Below are positions 23,598-33,365 of a stretch of DNA of 64,000 nucleotides, piece by piece (position 1 is the first letter of the stretch; each line of letters begins with the position of its first letter). The stretch is from an uncultured Trueperaceae bacterium. GTDB taxonomy: Bacteria > Deinococcota > Deinococci > Deinococcales > Trueperaceae. A program made the translations under genes and the position numbers. The stretch spans positions 1 through 64,000 of the forward strand of contig CAVSGP010000004.1 of the NCBI GenBank assembly GCA_963727505.1, read 5' to 3'. The notes under the pieces are model-generated. The model saw only the letters and a list, made by a program, of their open reading frames with translations. It was not told the DNA's origin and did no database searches.

Positions 23598-24272
23598 ATG
23601 CAAGGTCACTCCGTTCGCGGGCGCCCTCGCCTGAGAGAGCCGTTCAACGCCATCACCCACATGCTCGGCGCGTTGGTTGCGCTGGTGGGAGGCACGGCTC
23701 TGGTGGTGGCGTCGGCCGGCGACCCGTGGCGGATGCTGAGCTTCGCCGTCTACGCCCTCGCTTCGCTGACGCTGTTCAGTGCCAGCACGCTCCTCCACGG
23801 CGTCCGTGCAGGCCCCGCCCTGGCGGAGTGGCTCCGGCGCGCCGATCATGCGGCGATCTTCGTTCTCATCGCGGGAAGCTACACACCGATCGCTCTGGTG
23901 ACGCTACGTGACCACGCGCCCGGATGGACGTGGCCGCTCCTGAGTACGGTTTGGGCCTTCGCCGTCCTGGGTGTGCTCTTCAAGGTGTTCTGGTTCCGTG
24001 CCCCGCGATGGCTCTCGACGGGCCTCTACCTGGTGCTGGGGTGGATGGCGGTGGTGGCGATCCGTCCGCTCGCACAGGCCATGCCGTGGGGGGGCATCGC
24101 GCTGCTCGTCGCCGGCGGCTTGCTGTACTCGGTCGGCGCCGTGGTCTACGCCTTCAAGCGCCCCGATCCCGCTCCCGGCAGCATCGGCTACCACGGCCTG
24201 TGGCACCTGTTCGTGCTCGCCGGCTGGGGAGCGCACTTCGCCATGGTGGCGCTCTACGTGCTCCCGTCATGA
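23598..24272 (+). CDS. Hemolysin III / PAQR family membrane protein (TrhA-like)
   Basis: EPFNAITH, STLLH, RRADHAAIFVLIAGSYTP, HGLWHLFVLAG. Confidence 0.92.
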   Translation: MQGHSVRGRPRLREPFNAITHMLGALVALVGGTALVVASAGDPWRMLSFAVYALASLTLFSASTLLHGVRAGPALAEWLRRADHAAIFVLIAGSYTPIALVTLRDHAPGWTWPLLSTVWAFAVLGVLFKVFWFRAPRWLSTGLYLVLGWMAVVAIRPLAQAMPWGGIALLVAGGLLYSVGAVVYAFKRPDPAPGSIGYHGLWHLFVLAGWGAHFAMVALYVLPS

Positions 24273-24292
24273 CGGGCCCCGTCATGACGGGC
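24263..24292. repeat. Tandem duplication of a 15-bp unit containing the palindrome CCCGTCATGACGGG
   Basis: CCCGTCATGACGGGC occurs twice, across the hlyIII stop codon. Confidence 0.8.
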
Positions 24293-24365
24293 CCCCACAT
24301 GAGGCGGGCGCCGCCCGGTGCTGCGCGCCGGGTGGCGCCCGCTCGAGTGTCTTCGAGACTCGGCC

Positions 24366-24833
24366 CTACAGGGTCGCAGTGATGAAGACCAGCACGAAGA
24401 TGGCGACCGTCTCGACGACGCCGATCGCCATCAGGTAGTTGCCGAAGCCCTGACCGGTCTCACCGAGGGCGTCCGCTGCCGCGGCTCCCACCCTTCCCTG
24501 CATGTAGGCCGAGGCTGCCATCGCCAGACCGCCGAACAGGCCGAGGCCGAGCATCGCGGGCCAGGCCACCGTCTGGTTGTTGGCGAGCGCGTCGGACACC
24601 CCGCGCACGACAGCGTTCATGAGGATCATGCCGTAGATCGTCTGCGACAGCGGCGCACCCACGAAAGTGATCAGGATGAACGGTGCCGACTTGTTCTGTG
24701 CGTAGGCGCGCTTCCAGGCGCCCACCGCGGCCATGCCTGCCGTACCTGTGCCGAATGCCGAACCGAGGGCTGCGAGGCCGAGTACGGTCGCGCCGCCCGC
24801 CCGTCCCAAGGCGGCCATCAAAACGGGATCCAT
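24366..24833 (-). CDS. atpK: V-type ATPase subunit K (4-TM proteolipid)
   Basis: GSAFGTG..G.AAVGAW, PLSQTIYG, AYMQG, GVVETVAIF; AAGGAGG SD. Confidence 0.92.
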   Translation of the reverse strand: MDPVLMAALGRAGGATVLGLAALGSAFGTGTAGMAAVGAWKRAYAQNKSAPFILITFVGAPLSQTIYGMILMNAVVRGVSDALANNQTVAWPAMLGLGLFGGLAMAASAYMQGRVGAAAADALGETGQGFGNYLMAIGVVETVAIFVLVFITATL

Positions 24834-24858
24834 CAAGCTCCTCCTTCACGACGGGGGT

Positions 24859-26667
24859 TCATGCCCCCTCCTTCGGACGTTGTGAGTGAGCGAAGGGCCG
24901 GTAGGGTCGGCCCGTCCACTCCATGCCGAGGTGGCTGGCGAATTCCAGCATATTGAGGCGCACGCCGTGGACGAGGACGCCCATGGTCGCGAGCAGGATG
25001 TTGAGGGTGTGGCCGAAGAACAGCACCAGCGCCGCCACGGCACCGGCCACGATGCCGCTCACGCCGCTCCCCATCGCCATCTGGTTGAACGCCTGCGCGA
25101 TGGCGAAGGTCGCGGCCCCGACGGCGAACAGCCGCACGTAGGAGACCAGGTCGACGAAGTTGCTGACCAGGCTCAGAGGCAGCATGACGTGGTTGAACCA
25201 CTCCGACTTGAGCGCCTTCGGGGGCGTCATGAACAGCACGATGAGCACGATCCCCGCCACCAGGACGTAGAGCATGACGTGTGGGAAGGCGGCGCCGAGC
25301 ACCATCTCGCGGGCCAGGAAGAACATGGTCCAGGTCGTGAAGATCCAGCCCAACTGGGCGAGCGCCCGGGGCGAGGGGAAGAAGCGGATCACGTTCCAGC
25401 CGTGCGCCACCGTCAAGTGGATCGCGCCGATCAGGAAGCTCAGCAGGATGAGGTGATCCTGACCGGTGAGCCAGGACACCTGCACTGCCTTCAACGGGTG
25501 GGGGAGCAACGCGATACCGAAGTAGCTTCCCGTCAGGACGCCCCACACGATGGTGCTGATGCTCATGACCCGGAGGAGCGAGAACATCGCCTTCGGCGCG
25601 TCCTTCATACGCCAGCGCCCGAACTCCGTGAGCCCCAGGAACAGCAGGCCGTACCCGGCGTCTCCCACGATCATCGCGAAGAACAGGCTCATGAACAGCA
25701 GGAAGGGAACGCTCACGTCCACCTGGTCGTAGCCGGGGAGCACGCCGGTGAACGAGAACAGGGCGCGGATGGGCCGCACCCAGCGCGGCACGGTGATCTC
25801 GGTGGGCGCGTCGTTCGGATCGTCGACCTCCTCGACGAACAGTCCCCAGCCGTGCTCCTGCGCCGCACGCTCCACGAAGGGCAACTTCGGCGCGGGGCAG
25901 AACCCGCGTACGACGGCGAGAGGTCCCGTGAGCGCCGACCCGGCGCGCGCTCGCTCGAACGCGAGCCGGTCCTCGGCCGATGGGATCGATGCCACGATGG
26001 CGTCGCGTCGACGGGCCAAGGCTTGCAGGGCGGCCACCGTCTCCTCCCGTTCGGAGGACAGGCGCGCGCGCCGCGCCCGCAGCGCGGCCGGCGCCTCGGT
26101 GGGAACGGCGAACGGCTCTGCCGCGGCGGAGCCTTCGCCCAGCCACACTTGCCCCAGCGCCTCCGACGGGCCCACCAGCGCCACGATGCGTTCATGCCCG
26201 TGGCGGCCGAGTTCGTGGACCACCACGTCGTCAGACTGCGCCGTCGACCAGCGCGCCGGCGCGCGCAGCAAGCGAACTCCGACCCCGTGCCGTGCGAGCT
26301 CCTGAAGCGCGGAAGGATCGAAGTCCCCGAACGGCGCGACGCGCTCCAGCTCGCGCTCCACGTCGGATCGCTCCTCGTCGATCTGCTCCAGCCTTTCCGA
26401 GAGCGCCAGGACGCGTTCGACCGCGGCCTCGACCCCTCCGTCGGCAGCGCGCGCCGCCCCGGCGTCGCCGCGCGGCACCGTGCGGTGCAGCGCCTCCAGC
26501 GCGGCGCGCGCCGCCTCGACGCGCGAACGGGCCTGGGCGACGCCCACGACGTCGCTCGCCGGCTCGGAGGCGAGGTGCAGGGCCCCCAGGTCCTGTAGCA
26601 GCGCCAGGGAGCGTTCGTGCTGACTCCGCAGCATCACCACCGTGACCCGCTTCATGGGGACGATCAC
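24859..26667 (-). CDS. atpI: V-type ATPase subunit I (a)
   Basis: MIVPMKRV, FFAMIVGDAGYG, DLVSYVRLFAVG, VHGVRLNMLEF. Confidence 0.93.
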   Translation of the reverse strand: MIVPMKRVTVVMLRSQHERSLALLQDLGALHLASEPASDVVGVAQARSRVEAARAALEALHRTVPRGDAGAARAADGGVEAAVERVLALSERLEQIDEERSDVERELERVAPFGDFDPSALQELARHGVGVRLLRAPARWSTAQSDDVVVHELGRHGHERIVALVGPSEALGQVWLGEGSAAAEPFAVPTEAPAALRARRARLSSEREETVAALQALARRRDAIVASIPSAEDRLAFERARAGSALTGPLAVVRGFCPAPKLPFVERAAQEHGWGLFVEEVDDPNDAPTEITVPRWVRPIRALFSFTGVLPGYDQVDVSVPFLLFMSLFFAMIVGDAGYGLLFLGLTEFGRWRMKDAPKAMFSLLRVMSISTIVWGVLTGSYFGIALLPHPLKAVQVSWLTGQDHLILLSFLIGAIHLTVAHGWNVIRFFPSPRALAQLGWIFTTWTMFFLAREMVLGAAFPHVMLYVLVAGIVLIVLFMTPPKALKSEWFNHVMLPLSLVSNFVDLVSYVRLFAVGAATFAIAQAFNQMAMGSGVSGIVAGAVAALVLFFGHTLNILLATMGVLVHGVRLNMLEFASHLGMEWTGRPYRPFAHSQRPKEGA

Positions 26668-27269
26668 GAGGACGCCTCCTGTTCCACGGACTTCGACTTG
26701 GCGATCTTGGCGCGGACCACCCCGGCGGCCTGCTGGTCGCCGAGTGCGATGCGGATGGTCCGGATGGCATGCTCCGCCTCGGGGATCTTGACCTTCTCGA
26801 ACAGGTTGACGCGTTGCGAGGTGATGCGCAGCTCGTCGGCCAGCAGGCGTCGCTGTTCGGCGAGCACGCGCCGCTCCATGCGCAGTCGGGCCAGTGTCTG
26901 GCAGGCCGCGATGGCGTCGTCGAGGAAAGCAGGGGTGGCATGGAGGTCCGGAGGCGTTCGCGTGAAGGCGAGGTCCTCCAGCACCGGTACGTCGATGCCG
27001 GCGATGTTGGTGGTTCCGCGCCGTACCGCGGCGATGGCCAGGTGATCCGTGATGGGCGGGGCGCTCGCCAAGAGCCCTACCCAGGGCTCGAGCGCGGCCT
27101 CCGCCGCCGCAAGCTCGGCCTCGGCCTCCCGCTCCTTGGCCTCGACCCGTCGGATCTCCATCTGGAGCTGCCGCTTCTTGAGCTGCAGGGTTGGCAGATA
27201 GCGCTTGAAGCGAGACAGCGCGTCGCGCTGTCGCTTCAACTCCTGCTTGCTGGCGCGCACGTGGCTCAA
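26664..27269 (-). CDS. atpD: V-type ATPase subunit D
   Basis: [31 protein letters not shown] start overlapping the subunit B stop. Confidence 0.92.
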   Translation of the reverse strand: MSHVRASKQELKRQRDALSRFKRYLPTLQLKKRQLQMEIRRVEAKEREAEAELAAAEAALEPWVGLLASAPPITDHLAIAAVRRGTTNIAGIDVPVLEDLAFTRTPPDLHATPAFLDDAIAACQTLARLRMERRVLAEQRRLLADELRITSQRVNLFEKVKIPEAEHAIRTIRIALGDQQAAGVVRAKIAKSKSVEQEASS

Positions 27270-28594
27270 GCCGTCGCCTCCGAAGCCTCGACGGGGACGC
27301 CGTCGGCGGGCCAGAAGCGTTCGATCAGCGCACTCGGCAGCCCGGTCTGCGGCGGCTCGAAGCACTCGGCGAGGATCTTCCATCCCTCGTCCAGCGCGTC
27401 CTCCAGGGGAAGGTGCAGCTCCAGGCTCATCAACCGGTCCTCGAATGCGACGCCGTACTTCAGCAGCTGCTCGTCCCAACGACTCATGCTGAAGCCCATG
27501 GCCTGCTTCTCGAGCGTCTCCCGGTAACCCGCGTACAGCTGGATCATGGCGTTCATGATCGAGCGGTGGTCCTCGCGGGTCCGGCCGTTCACGAGTTGCT
27601 TCAGGCGGCTCAGGCTCCCGAAGGGTTCGATGCGCCCGCCGCGCAGGTAGAGTTGCCCCTCGGTGATGTAGCCGGTGTTGTCGGGCACGGGATGCGTGAC
27701 GTCGTCGCCGGGCATGGTCGTTGCCGCCAGGATGGTGATGGACCCGGCCCCCTCGAAGTCGACGGCCTTCTCGTAGCGCGCGGCGAGCTGACTGTACAGG
27801 TCGCCCGGGTAGCCACGGTTCGACGGGATCTGCTCCATCGTGATCGCGACCTCCTTGAGCGCATCGGCGAAGTTCGTCATGTCGGTGAGCAGCACCAGCA
27901 CTCGTTGGCCCTCGAGCGCGAAGCGCTCGGCCACGGCAAGCGAGAGGTCGGGCACGAGCAGGCACTCCACCACCGGATCGGCAGCGGTGTGCACGAACAT
28001 GACGGTGCGTACGCTGGCGCCGGCCTCGTCCAGCGTCTCGCGGAACGCCAGGTAATCGTCGTGCTTGAGTCCCATGCCGCCGAGCACGATGACGTCGACC
28101 TCGGCCTGCAGCGCGATGCGCGCCAGGAGCTGGTTGGAGGGCTCGCCCGCGGGAGCGAAGATCGGTAGCTTCTGGCTCTCGACCAGGGTGTTGAAGACGT
28201 CGATCATGGGGATGCCGGTGCGCACCATGCGCCGCGGGATGATGCGGCGCGCCGGATTCACCGAGGGACCGCCGACCTCGATCGGTTCGGCCTCCACCTC
28301 GGGCCTGCGGTCGCGGGGCCGTCCGGCCCCGTCGAACACGCGTCCTAGCAGAGCGTCGGAGAAGGGCACCTGGACCGGCCTGCCAAGGAACCGCACGTGC
28401 GCGTCGGTAGGGATACCGCGGCTGCCGGCGAACACCTGCAGCGAGGCGCGGTCGCCTTCGATCTTGATGACCTGCGCGAGCGAGGAGCCCCCCGGCCAGC
28501 GCACTTCGGCCAGCTCCCGGTAGGTGGCGTCACCGGCCCTCACCGTCACGACGTTGCCGGCGATGCGCTCCACCTGCGTGTAGACCTTACGCAT
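27266..28594 (-). CDS. atpB: V-type ATPase subunit B
   Basis: [50 protein letters not shown]. Confidence 0.96.
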   Translation of the reverse strand: MRKVYTQVERIAGNVVTVRAGDATYRELAEVRWPGGSSLAQVIKIEGDRASLQVFAGSRGIPTDAHVRFLGRPVQVPFSDALLGRVFDGAGRPRDRRPEVEAEPIEVGGPSVNPARRIIPRRMVRTGIPMIDVFNTLVESQKLPIFAPAGEPSNQLLARIALQAEVDVIVLGGMGLKHDDYLAFRETLDEAGASVRTVMFVHTAADPVVECLLVPDLSLAVAERFALEGQRVLVLLTDMTNFADALKEVAITMEQIPSNRGYPGDLYSQLAARYEKAVDFEGAGSITILAATTMPGDDVTHPVPDNTGYITEGQLYLRGGRIEPFGSLSRLKQLVNGRTREDHRSIMNAMIQLYAGYRETLEKQAMGFSMSRWDEQLLKYGVAFEDRLMSLELHLPLEDALDEGWKILAECFEPPQTGLPSALIERFWPADGVPVEASEATA

Positions 28595-30317
28595 GAGCCG
28601 TAACCCCCTCGACCTTGTCGACGAGGCGCGCCTCGAGTCGTTCGAACTGCGGATCGTCCATCCGCACCAGGTTCCACTCCTTGGTCACCTGGGTCAGCTC
28701 CTGGAAGAAGCGTCGCGCCGCGTCCTTGTCGGGGAAGTCGAGCGGCGTCCGCAACACGCTGGCGAGCCGGCCGAAGACGTGCCGCTGCCGTCCCGCTCCA
28801 GTGGCCGCGTCCACATCGTGGAAGGCGTCCTGCTGGAGGTAGGCGGCATCGAGGTACTCGGCCTTGAGGTAGGTGACGTAGTCCGCGATGGCCGTCCCCT
28901 CCTCACCCACCACCTTCATCATCTGATCGACCTCGTGGCCGTTTTGCAGCACCTCGCGCGCGGCCCGCACGTCGTCGCCGTCCGCGACGCCTTCGTAGCG
29001 GCTCCAGCTGTCCAGAGGATCGACAGCAGGGTAGCGGCGCGCGTCCGAGCGTTCGCGCGAGAGCCCGTGGAACGCGCCCACCACCTTCAGGGTGGCCTGC
29101 GTCACCGGCTCCTCGAAGTTGCCGCCCGCCGGGCTCACCGCGCCCCCGATGGTGACCGAGCCGGTGCGTCCGTCGTTCAGCCGCACCACGCCCCCGCGCT
29201 CGTAGAACCCGGCGATCACCGATTCCAGGTAGGCGGGGAAGGCCTCCTCGCCGGGGATCTCTTCGAGGCGTCCGGAGATCTCGCGGAGCGCCTGCGCCCA
29301 GCGCGAGGTGGAGTCGGCCAGCAGCAGCACGTTCAGGCCCATCTGGCGGTAGTACTCGGCCACCGTGACGGCCGTGTAGACGCTGGCCTCGCGCGCGGCG
29401 ACCGGCATCGAGCTGGTATTGACCACGATCAACGTGCGCTCCATCAGGCTGCGGCCGGTCCGTGGGTCGACCAGCTCGGGGAACTCCCGCAAGGTTTCGA
29501 CGACCTCGCCGGCGCGCTCGCCGCATGCCGCGATGATGACCACGTCCACCTCGGCGTGGCGGCTGGTGATCTGCTGCAACACGGTCTTGCCCGCACCGAA
29601 AGGTCCCGGGATGCAGTAGGTGCCGCCGAGGGCGACGGGGAAGAGCGTGTCCAGGATCCGGATCTTCGTCACCAGCGGTTCCCTCGGACGCAGACGCTCA
29701 CGGTACGCGCGGATCGGGACCTTCACGGGCCAGCGCTGCACCATGGTGACCTTGTGCGTGCGTCCGCGGTCGTCGACCAGGGTAGCGATGGTGTCGTCGA
29801 CGCGGTACTCGCCCGCCGGCGCGATCCACTCGACCAACGCGCGCCCCTCCAGCTCGAAGGGCGCCATGACGTGGTGGGTGATGGCGTTCTCGGGAACGGT
29901 GCCGAGGGTGTCGCCGGCGCGCAGGCGGCCGCCGGTTTCGGCCAACGGCGTGAACGACCAGCGCCGCTCGCGGTCGAGGGGCGTCAGGTAGACGCCGCGG
30001 CGCAAGAAGAATCCCGCCGCCTCGGCAAGCTCGGGCAGCGGGTTCTGCAGACCGTCGAAGATGCGGCCGAGGAGGCCCGGGCCGAGGTCCACCGTGAGCA
30101 GGCCGCCGGAGAACTCGACCGGCCCCCCGACGTAGAGGCCCGTGGTGTCCTCGAACACCTGCAGGTCGGCGTACTGCCCGCGCACGCGGATCAGCTCGGC
30201 CTTGAGGCGAAGGTCGCCCAGGACCGCGTAGCCGACCTCGTTCTGCATGACCGGCTTCTCGAAGGCGACGGTGAGCAGGTTGCCGCTCACCGAAACGATA
30301 TGACCGACGTTAGGCAT
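28587..30317 (-). CDS. atpA: V-type ATPase subunit A
   Basis: P-loop [42 protein letters not shown]. Confidence 0.97.
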   Translation of the reverse strand: MPNVGHIVSVSGNLLTVAFEKPVMQNEVGYAVLGDLRLKAELIRVRGQYADLQVFEDTTGLYVGGPVEFSGGLLTVDLGPGLLGRIFDGLQNPLPELAEAAGFFLRRGVYLTPLDRERRWSFTPLAETGGRLRAGDTLGTVPENAITHHVMAPFELEGRALVEWIAPAGEYRVDDTIATLVDDRGRTHKVTMVQRWPVKVPIRAYRERLRPREPLVTKIRILDTLFPVALGGTYCIPGPFGAGKTVLQQITSRHAEVDVVIIAACGERAGEVVETLREFPELVDPRTGRSLMERTLIVVNTSSMPVAAREASVYTAVTVAEYYRQMGLNVLLLADSTSRWAQALREISGRLEEIPGEEAFPAYLESVIAGFYERGGVVRLNDGRTGSVTIGGAVSPAGGNFEEPVTQATLKVVGAFHGLSRERSDARRYPAVDPLDSWSRYEGVADGDDVRAAREVLQNGHEVDQMMKVVGEEGTAIADYVTYLKAEYLDAAYLQQDAFHDVDAATGAGRQRHVFGRLASVLRTPLDFPDKDAARRFFQELTQVTKEWNLVRMDDPQFERLEARLVDKVEGVTAHA

Positions 30318-30340
30318 GGTTGCTCTCGCTCATTCGATCC

Positions 30341-30904
30341 TCACGCATCGTGTTCCTCTGGTGTGACGCTGGCCTCGTAGCGCTGCTCGAGACGTTCCAG
30401 GGTGGCCTGCAGAACCCGGCGGCCCTCCTCGACGTCGCGTTCGGCCCAGGCCCCGCCATCGTGGAGCCGCTGGGCGTACGCGAACACTGCCGCGAATCCC
30501 CAGGGCACCACGCCGGCCAGGTCGTCGAGCAGGCGCCAGCGCAGCTCGTGCAGGAGCCGCTCTCGCTCCAGCACGTTGGGCGCGTCGAAGGCGCGCGCCA
30601 CGCCGTCCTCGACGTCCACGCGGAAGCCCTCATGCTCGCGCAGATAGGTCTCGGGCGTCACGCCCCAGCCCGCGGAGCGCCTGCGCGCCACGGCGTTCCG
30701 CAGTTGCCGTTCTCCGTTCAGCCAGCGCCGCGCGACGGACCCGGGCTCACCGGGTACAACGGCGCCGCCCGCGGGGTCTTCCAGCACGCGCAACTCGTCC
30801 TCGCCGAGGAACGGGCGACAGTGCTCCAGCAACGTTGCCACCGTCATCGGGGGCGGGTCGTCGAGGTCGAAGGAGGGAAGGGTCGATAGGAGGTAGGCGT
30901 ACAC
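30341..30904 (-). CDS. V-ATPase subunit C-like protein (DUF2764 family)
   Basis: Y.YLLSTLP...PP, ER.LRNA.A..R, ERE..L..LRW; position between subunits E and A. Confidence 0.75.
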   Translation of the reverse strand: MYAYLLSTLPSFDLDDPPPMTVATLLEHCRPFLGEDELRVLEDPAGGAVVPGEPGSVARRWLNGERQLRNAVARRRSAGWGVTPETYLREHEGFRVDVEDGVARAFDAPNVLERERLLHELRWRLLDDLAGVVPWGFAAVFAYAQRLHDGGAWAERDVEEGRRVLQATLERLEQRYEASVTPEEHDA

Positions 30905-30918
30905 GCTCTCGCCGGCCG

Positions 30919-31572
30919 CTAGGGCCGGCCCTCGGCCACGTCCTCGGCGTTCCCATCATCGGCCGTGCCGGCGGTGATGAGCTTCGCCAGCTCCGGACGC
31001 AACATCTCGGAGAGCACCGAGGCGATGGCCCCGAGCGTGAAGTCGTGTTCGACGTGATCGCCGTTCATCGAGACGCGGAAGCCCTTCTCGATGTCGCGTC
31101 CCAGCCGGATGTCCACACCCTTGTCGAGCTTCTGTCGGTACTCGTCGGCGTAGAAGCGGGCGAGCTTCTCGCGATCCTCTTCGCCGAGCAGCACGCTCAT
31201 GCGGCGTTCCGGGCCGCTGCGCTTGGCGTAGGCATCGGCCATCACCAGGAGCATGTCGCGCAACGTTTCGGGCGTCAGCGTCTCGACGAGCGAATCGCGC
31301 ACCAGCGCCATGACGACGTCCTCGACGCCGCGCCGGACGGCCATGAGCACGTCGCGTCCGGCCTGCTGGAGTGCGCGCTCGCCGCGCTCGCGGCTGAGGG
31401 CGGCATCGCGCTCGGCCTCGCTGCGGATGCGCGTCGCCTCGGCATTGGCCGCCGCGATGCGGCGTCCGGCCTCGGCTTCGGCGTCGGCGAGGATGGCGCC
31501 TGCCTTGGCTTCGGCTTCGTCCACCACCTCGCCCTGGAGCTTGTCGATCAGGGATTGCAGGGCTTCGGGCAT
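30919..31572 (-). CDS. atpE: V-type ATPase subunit E
   Basis: LQSLIDKL..E.V.EAE, coiled coil, GF.V......DFT, LRP.L; first gene of the operon. Confidence 0.85.
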   Translation of the reverse strand: MPEALQSLIDKLQGEVVDEAEAKAGAILADAEAEAGRRIAAANAEATRIRSEAERDAALSRERGERALQQAGRDVLMAVRRGVEDVVMALVRDSLVETLTPETLRDMLLVMADAYAKRSGPERRMSVLLGEEDREKLARFYADEYRQKLDKGVDIRLGRDIEKGFRVSMNGDHVEHDFTLGAIASVLSEMLRPELAKLITAGTADDGNAEDVAEGRP

Positions 31573-31785
31573 GGGGCCCCTCTCACGGACACGGCGACCA
31601 GGTGAGAAGGGGCCTCCCCATGACCCGCGTTCCGCGTGCGGGGGGAAGGTGGCGTCCTTCGCCTGGTCGCCGGTCTCGAGCAGCTCAATCTCGCCTTCTT
31701 TTAACACGTACGGCCGCTCGTCGTGGGGGTTACAAACGTCCTGATGGGCGGGATGTCCCGGCCCGCGACGCGAAGTACCGAGCGC

Positions 31786-33333
31786 TCAGAAGCGCTCGGT
31801 GACCGTCTTCATCTCCATGAACGCACGCAGGTAGTCCGGGCCCCCTGCCTTGGCGTTGGTGCCCGACATCTTGAACCCGCCGAACGGCTGGACGCCGACC
31901 AGGGCGCCGGTGATCTTGCGGTTGACGTAGAGATTCCCGACGTCGAACGCCTCGCGCGCCCGCTCGATGTGCATGCGGTCGCGCGAGCACAGGCCGCCCG
32001 TGAGGCCGTACATGGTGGCGTTGCCGAGCTCGAGCGCGTGATCGAAGTCGCGCGCCTTCATCACCGACACCACCGGCCCGAAGATCTCCTCGCAGGCGAT
32101 GGTCGCGCTCTGCGGCACGTCGGCGAACACGGTCGGCTGGATGTAGTACCCCTTGCCCTCGGCCGCGCCGCCCCCGAGCACCAGGCGTGCCTCCTGCTTG
32201 CCGGTGTCGATGTACGCCAGGATCTTGTCGTACTGCTTCTTGTTGATCACGGCGGCCACGTCGGCGTTCTGCTCGGCCGGCCCCACCCGGAGCGCGCGTG
32301 CGCGCTCGAGGAACTTCTCCAGCAGTTCGTCGTACACGGCCTCGACGACGATGAGGCGGCTCATGGCCGAGCACTTCTGGCCCTGGAACCCGAACGCGCC
32401 GGCGACGGCGGCGTCCGCGGCGAGGTCCAGGTCCGCGGTCTCGTCGACGATCATCGCGTCCTTGCCGCCCATCTCGGTGAACACCCTCTTGAGCCAGTTC
32501 TGCCCCGGATGCACCTTGGCGGCGCGCTCGTTGATGCGCATGCCGGTCGCCACCGACCCGGTGAAGTTGATGAAGCGGGTACGAGGATCATCGACAAGGG
32601 CGTCACCGAGATCGGCATCCTCGCCGGTCAGGAGGTTGATCACGCCCGGCGGGAAGCCGGCCTCGTCGACGCACTCCATGAACTTCTGCGCGATGATCGG
32701 CGTCGAAGGTGACGGCTTGAGGATGACGGTGTTGCCCACGACCACCGGGCCGACGGTGGTGCCGACCAGGATCGCGAGCAGGAAGTTCCAGGGGGGGATG
32801 ACCACGCCCACCCCGAGAGCCCTCAAGTGGCTGGTGTTCTCCTCGCCGGGATGGTCGTAGGTGGGGAGCGGGCCCGCCAGCTTCAACGACTGCCGCGCGT
32901 AGTACTCGCAGAAGTCGATGGCTTCCGCCACGTCGGCGATGGCCTCGAGGTAGTTCTTGCCCGCCTCGAAGACCTCCCAGGCGGCCAGCTCGTCGCGGCG
33001 TCGACGCAGCACGGCGGCAAGCTTCACCAGCGTGCGTGCGCGATGCGCCATCGGCAACCGTGACCAGGTCTTGAAGGCCTCCTGAGCGGCCGACATGGCG
33101 CGCTCGATCTCGGGGCCCTTCCCCTTGGCGCTGCGGCCCACGACGCGGTCCGGATCGCAGGGATCGACGGAGGTGAGGTACTCCCCGGTGTCGACGCGCT
33201 CGCCGCCGATCACGAGCGGGTAGTCACGCCCGAGCTGGGAGCGCACCGTGTCCAACGTGCGCTCGAACGCCTGACGGGTGGCGGCGTCGGAGAAGTCCAG
33301 GTAGGGTTCGGTCTCGTAGGGTTCGAACAACAT
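31786..33333 (-). CDS. pruA: L-glutamate gamma-semialdehyde (P5C) dehydrogenase
   Basis: PPWNF, FTGS, EMGGKD, GFQGQKCSA, EEIFGPV, PFGGFKMSGT..KAGGPDYL. Confidence 0.95.
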   Translation of the reverse strand: MLFEPYETEPYLDFSDAATRQAFERTLDTVRSQLGRDYPLVIGGERVDTGEYLTSVDPCDPDRVVGRSAKGKGPEIERAMSAAQEAFKTWSRLPMAHRARTLVKLAAVLRRRRDELAAWEVFEAGKNYLEAIADVAEAIDFCEYYARQSLKLAGPLPTYDHPGEENTSHLRALGVGVVIPPWNFLLAILVGTTVGPVVVGNTVILKPSPSTPIIAQKFMECVDEAGFPPGVINLLTGEDADLGDALVDDPRTRFINFTGSVATGMRINERAAKVHPGQNWLKRVFTEMGGKDAMIVDETADLDLAADAAVAGAFGFQGQKCSAMSRLIVVEAVYDELLEKFLERARALRVGPAEQNADVAAVINKKQYDKILAYIDTGKQEARLVLGGGAAEGKGYYIQPTVFADVPQSATIACEEIFGPVVSVMKARDFDHALELGNATMYGLTGGLCSRDRMHIERAREAFDVGNLYVNRKITGALVGVQPFGGFKMSGTNAKAGGPDYLRAFMEMKTVTERF

Positions 33334-33365
33334 TGCGGTGTACTCCTTGTCTGGATGCCCTGGGC

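Noticed and set aside
24269..24382. ATGA-overlapping ORF after hlyIII as another relay mini-ORF
   Set aside because: No co-oriented downstream gene; it shows that single overlaps can arise by chance, which is a caveat for the relay finding
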